64,000 nucleotides of DNA from an uncultured Verrucomicrobiae bacterium (GTDB taxonomy: Bacteria > Chlamydiota > Chlamydiia > Chlamydiales > Rhabdochlamydiaceae): positions 992,001 to 1,056,000 of the forward strand of contig OY970364.1 of NCBI GenBank assembly GCA_963718565.1, in the 5' to 3' direction. Positions 60,617 to 64,000 of the stretch are shown piece after piece. The notes under the pieces were generated by a model, which worked only from the letters and a program-made list of their open reading frames with translations, ran no database searches and was not told where the DNA came from. A program made the translations under genes and the position numbers. Position 1 is the first letter of the stretch, and every line of letters starts with the position of its first letter.

Positions 60617-63082
60617 TTAATCGGTTTTGGTGACTTTCCATAGTGTGGTGCCTTGTCGTTCACCAGCCACTTCAAGGCGATAGCCTTGTTCGATCCGGTT
60701 TTTAAAATTTTTAAGTTTATTGCCAAGCCACCTCTCGTTCAGTTCCCCTTTATTGGTGCCTGCGAGACTTAGAAGAGCTTCGTAGAGAGTGGCGCTTACG
60801 TCGCTGCTTTCATGAGCTTTTGCCACGAGTTCTTTGACTTTGACGGGGGTTGAGCCGAAGATTGCAAACCAGGCAGAAAAGAGAGCTCCTAAAGCTGTCC
60901 TGATGGGGTCTGTGGATTCGATTTCTTTACGCGAGAGGCATGGGTCGGGCAATCCTAGCCATACAATTGCAGATCTGATCCAGTCGCTCCACTCCTCGAA
61001 TCGGCCAAACTGCTTGATATTTTGCATGGGCCGCCCGGCAATGTGGAAGGCTCTAAGGATAGTGAGTCCGGCGTTGACCAAACGCGGGCGGTTTTCGGGA
61101 ATATACTTGTGGAGATTGATCGAGAAGGATCGCTCTTCAGGGCGTTCAATGCGGGGATCAAGCTGGCAGAGCAATGTTCGAGTGCTTAGATCGCCAATGA
61201 AGGTCAAGTTATTGCCTGTCGCTAAAAAGCAGCTGTCGGTAGGGACTGTAGCCGTGCTCGAACCGCCAAGCACTCTATCCTTGAATTCTTTTTGCGTGAG
61301 GACAGAGCACAAAGATGGACTGCCGAAGGGGCGTTCGACATTGTCGTAGCAGATCATGAGGTCACCTTCCATAAGTACGGAAAGAAGACGTTTGCGCTCT
61401 TCGATCTCATTTTCGGCCATTGATAAAACGCTATTGGGCTTTCCTGTAGCGATCAGTGCTATGGCATCCGCAAGAAGGCTTTTCCCTGAACCCATCTTGG
61501 GAGCCGTAATTCCGATCATTGGAGCCGTTGCAATCGATTTGCGGACCAAGGTAGTCAAAATGCCGGCAATTGCAACCGATTTACTTTCGAGATTTGCAAA
61601 AAGAAATCCCTCAAGCACTATTGTTAATTTTTCAAGCGCACATTGAGCATCTTCAAATGTGGGTTTTACTAAAATCGGCTCCCAGTATGTGTCGTAACCT
61701 AAAAATAGCAATCCGGTCATTGGATCGTAACCTGGACGGTCGATGATTGATCCATCTGGTCGAAGCGTGGGAGCGTGAATGAGACCGCGGAGAACCGGCA
61801 ACTTCCATTGTCCACGCGCAATCAGAGTTTTCGCGATCTTTTCGGGGCAGTCGATGTCTTTTTTCTTTCCTTTGCTGTTCATGGTTGTCCAAAGGGCTTT
61901 TTGCGTGAGCAGTTCGGTGAGATAAGTAAAATTGACGTCCGTAATTATATAGGCATTCTCAGATCTTGAAATCGATGAATCTGAGGGCTTTGTGGCAGCG
62001 GGCACCGCACGGACGAGCCTTCCCCCTCTTTGAAAAATACCTGTATCGGGTTTTAGAAGAATCCCCTCTGCCTCATCTGTGGCGATGTGTAAATTTCCAG
62101 GGCAGACGACAATCTCCGTGCGATCAGATGATGAGGTCGCCTGCATTTGATACGATTCTGCGACGAAAGCCAATGCAGCTGCAATCGTTCTTTTGCGATA
62201 GTCAGGCCTATTGCCCCATTTGCTTCGTTGTCCAAGAGCTGAGCCCGAAAAAAGGCGTTCAAGCTGATCTTCGTCCCTTGTGTAAAAGACTAAAAGGTTC
62301 ATCAAGGCTTGATCGGCCGCGGATTCGTCACCTCCATATTCGGCAGTGCTTCCATTGTTATAGAGCAACTTGAACTTACTGCCATTTTTAGCCGAGGAAG
62401 CTATTTTGAGAATGAGCTCGTCTTCCATGATGGCTGAAGATGGTTCTTCTCGATGAGGAATTTGTTGAGGGGACAATGTTGGAAAATATTGATCGCAAAT
62501 CTCCGTGATTTCGGCTGTAGCTTCTCGAAGCGGCCGAATTTCTCCATAAGGATCGTTTGTGATGCAGGCAAAACGGCCGTGGTCATAGATTTCAAGGAAC
62601 TCTGAACGGCAGGCCTTTGAGATTTTATGGCCCTTTGCATAAATGTGTAATCCTGTGCGTGACTGACTGTATTCGACATAGGAATTCACTTTTTCTACAA
62701 TTTCAAGGGCGGGCAGCGACATTATGCCCGTATCCTTGTCTATGATGTGATCGAGATCAATGAATACAAGTCCAGTTTCAGGGGTGACAGCGAATCCAAG
62801 TAGACGAGGCTTATATTTAGCCCCAGGGTCATCTGCCAGGCGCCTCAATGCCTCTTTTGCCTCTTTGAAAGTTCCCCAAGTGCCAGAATCGTTAATTTTG
62901 GCAGGAAGGCCTGTATGAGGATCGATGGGAAGCTTTTTGATTTTACCATCGTTTTGAGGAATGAGGGAAAAACACACCCAAATTCTGTCATTTTCAAGAT
63001 AAGCTAAAGGCTCCGGAAGGTACGGATCCATACTATGAACCGGCCGACGCTCAGGCTCATTATTGATCATTTCAATCGCCAT
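60617..63082 (-). CDS. Primase-polymerase (AEP-type) fused to a P-loop helicase-like domain
   Basis: KKLPIDP, TWGTF, FIDLDH, EYSQSRTGLH, EIYD..RF, DESAADQAL; C-terminal GSGKSLL, YDNV, ATGNN. Confidence 0.88.
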   Translation of the reverse strand: MAIEMINNEPERRPVHSMDPYLPEPLAYLENDRIWVCFSLIPQNDGKIKKLPIDPHTGLPAKINDSGTWGTFKEAKEALRRLADDPGAKYKPRLLGFAVTPETGLVFIDLDHIIDKDTGIMSLPALEIVEKVNSYVEYSQSRTGLHIYAKGHKISKACRSEFLEIYDHGRFACITNDPYGEIRPLREATAEITEICDQYFPTLSPQQIPHREEPSSAIMEDELILKIASSAKNGSKFKLLYNNGSTAEYGGDESAADQALMNLLVFYTRDEDQLERLFSGSALGQRSKWGNRPDYRKRTIAAALAFVAESYQMQATSSSDRTEIVVCPGNLHIATDEAEGILLKPDTGIFQRGGRLVRAVPAATKPSDSSISRSENAYIITDVNFTYLTELLTQKALWTTMNSKGKKKDIDCPEKIAKTLIARGQWKLPVLRGLIHAPTLRPDGSIIDRPGYDPMTGLLFLGYDTYWEPILVKPTFEDAQCALEKLTIVLEGFLFANLESKSVAIAGILTTLVRKSIATAPMIGITAPKMGSGKSLLADAIALIATGKPNSVLSMAENEIEERKRLLSVLMEGDLMICYDNVERPFGSPSLCSVLTQKEFKDRVLGGSSTATVPTDSCFLATGNNLTFIGDLSTRTLLCQLDPRIERPEERSFSINLHKYIPENRPRLVNAGLTILRAFHIAGRPMQNIKQFGRFEEWSDWIRSAIVWLGLPDPCLSRKEIESTDPIRTALGALFSAWFAIFGSTPVKVKELVAKAHESSDVSATLYEALLSLAGTNKGELNERWLGNKLKNFKNRIEQGYRLEVAGERQGTTLWKVTKTD

Positions 63083-63088
63083 AATATC

Positions 63089-63298
63089 CTAAGCTTTAGA
63101 ATGGTCGTCTATGTAAGACAGGAAGGCCTGCTCGTCTAAAAGAATCTTTCTTCCCAATTTTTTAACAACACGACCGTTGAAATTGTCCTTATTGGTAAAA
63201 ATGAGGTGGCGAATTCCCCCTTCAGGAATGGCCCTATATTTGTCGAGCCATTGCTTGAGGGTAAGGAAGCTTTTTTGATGGTTGAGAGTTGTAGACAT
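63089..63298 (-). CDS. Excisionase-like winged-helix DNA-binding protein
   Basis: FLTLKQW..EGGIRHLIF..KKLGRKILLD; AGGAG RBS; directly upstream of the primase. Confidence 0.75.
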   Translation of the reverse strand: MSTTLNHQKSFLTLKQWLDKYRAIPEGGIRHLIFTNKDNFNGRVVKKLGRKILLDEQAFLSYIDDHSKA

Positions 63299-63390
63299 GC
63301 TTGCTCCTAGTAATTATGACTTTTCGTCATTTACTTTCTTTATATGTGGAGCAATATAATTGATTGTACTAGATGCGCTTATCGGACAAG

Positions 63391-64000
63391 CTAACGCAAT
63401 TGATTCGGGGTGATATTCCGAAGATTAGCCTTCTTGCATGCCTTAGCAAAGCTCCTTCGGACCATGCGCGGATCGATTGGGCCACCGGATTTGTTTTTAA
63501 AGAGAAAAACGTCTGTATTGCGAGCAAGCTCAGAAAGTTCAGCATACATCGATCCGAGAACATAATAGCAGACCATCTTCGAGCCCGGAAAAGCACGTGA
63601 TCTCACGCAGACAGAATTGCCTCCCGCGTTGTCGGGAAGACACTCCCTTATGTGCTTTAACGAATCCGAGCCTATGTCGGATACTTGGATAAGCAAAACA
63701 GATTCTAAATGAACAATCGGAGCATCTGGATGGTTGCATATTTCATGATTGAACCACCATAAAATCCGGGCTATGAGTTCGTGGGTGGAATTGATCTCTT
63801 TTAAAGCCGGGAAAAAAGTTTTAGCTTCTTCTTCTGTAAGGCAATTTTTCCTCTTGGCGCGATAAAATTTATTTCCCTTTCTTGTCTTTTTCATGCGAAA
63901 ATCTTGTGGGTTTTTCAAGAATGCATGAAATGACCTGAGCATGTTGTACATCTTGTCATTGTAATTGTAATACTTGCTGCTGTGAGGCCCGAGGGATGAA
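63391..64000 (-). CDS. Tyrosine-recombinase-like protein resembling chlamydial plasmid pGP7/pGP8; 5' end outside the window, catalytic tail missing
   Basis: Frame is open to the window edge; FFPALKEINSTHELIARIL, FLFKNKSG, SFAKACKKA..ITPNQLR*. Confidence 0.6.
   Translation of the reverse strand, partial: SSLGPHSSKYYNYNDKMYNMLRSFHAFLKNPQDFRMKKTRKGNKFYRAKRKNCLTEEEAKTFFPALKEINSTHELIARILWWFNHEICNHPDAPIVHLESVLLIQVSDIGSDSLKHIRECLPDNAGGNSVCVRSRAFPGSKMVCYYVLGSMYAELSELARNTDVFLFKNKSGGPIDPRMVRRSFAKACKKANLRNITPNQLR

Larger units (their letters stand above)
47011..64000 (-). mobile_element. Integrative satellite-like element / defence island; extends beyond the window, left boundary uncertain (47 kb or about 51 kb)
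   Basis: Co-oriented integrase-like, Xis-like, primase-helicase and HGGxSTG genes followed by nuclease and type I RM cargo. Confidence 0.6.

Overview
A 64-kb window from an environmental Chlamydiae (Parachlamydiales/Rhabdochlamydia-like) genome, identified from the chlamydial 16S signatures at 1-1510, a TLC/Npt nucleotide translocase and a pGP8-like recombinase. Bases 1-32 kb hold metabolic and host-interaction genes: an Inc-like protein, VKOR plus epimerase, a TpsA-like protein, an RNA-repair pair (2H-phosphoesterase/archease fusion plus RtcB), carbonic anhydrase, two Fic-domain proteins, a sterol reductase, ankyrin and SET proteins, adk, a GH63 glucosidase and transporters. Bases 32-47 kb are a decayed accessory zone: BrnTA, a truncated helicase, a 570-bp inverted duplication around IS256, IS1634 and a Gly-rich autotransporter. 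Bases 47-64 kb look like an integrative, satellite-type element carrying a type I RM system with an HsdM/half-HsdS fusion, an uncharacterised two-gene module, a Cas4-like nuclease, an HGGxSTG protein, a primase-helicase, a Xis-like protein and an integrase-like protein. The most striking sequence-level signal is a set of palindromic miniature elements in at least three end types. Two of them are TA-flanked, codon-multiple insertions inside intact protein-coding genes, as Rickettsia palindromic elements are. Another is nested with a 9-bp target duplication and shares its ends with a frameshift-type IS in the same window. All calls come from reading motifs by eye; no database searches were run.
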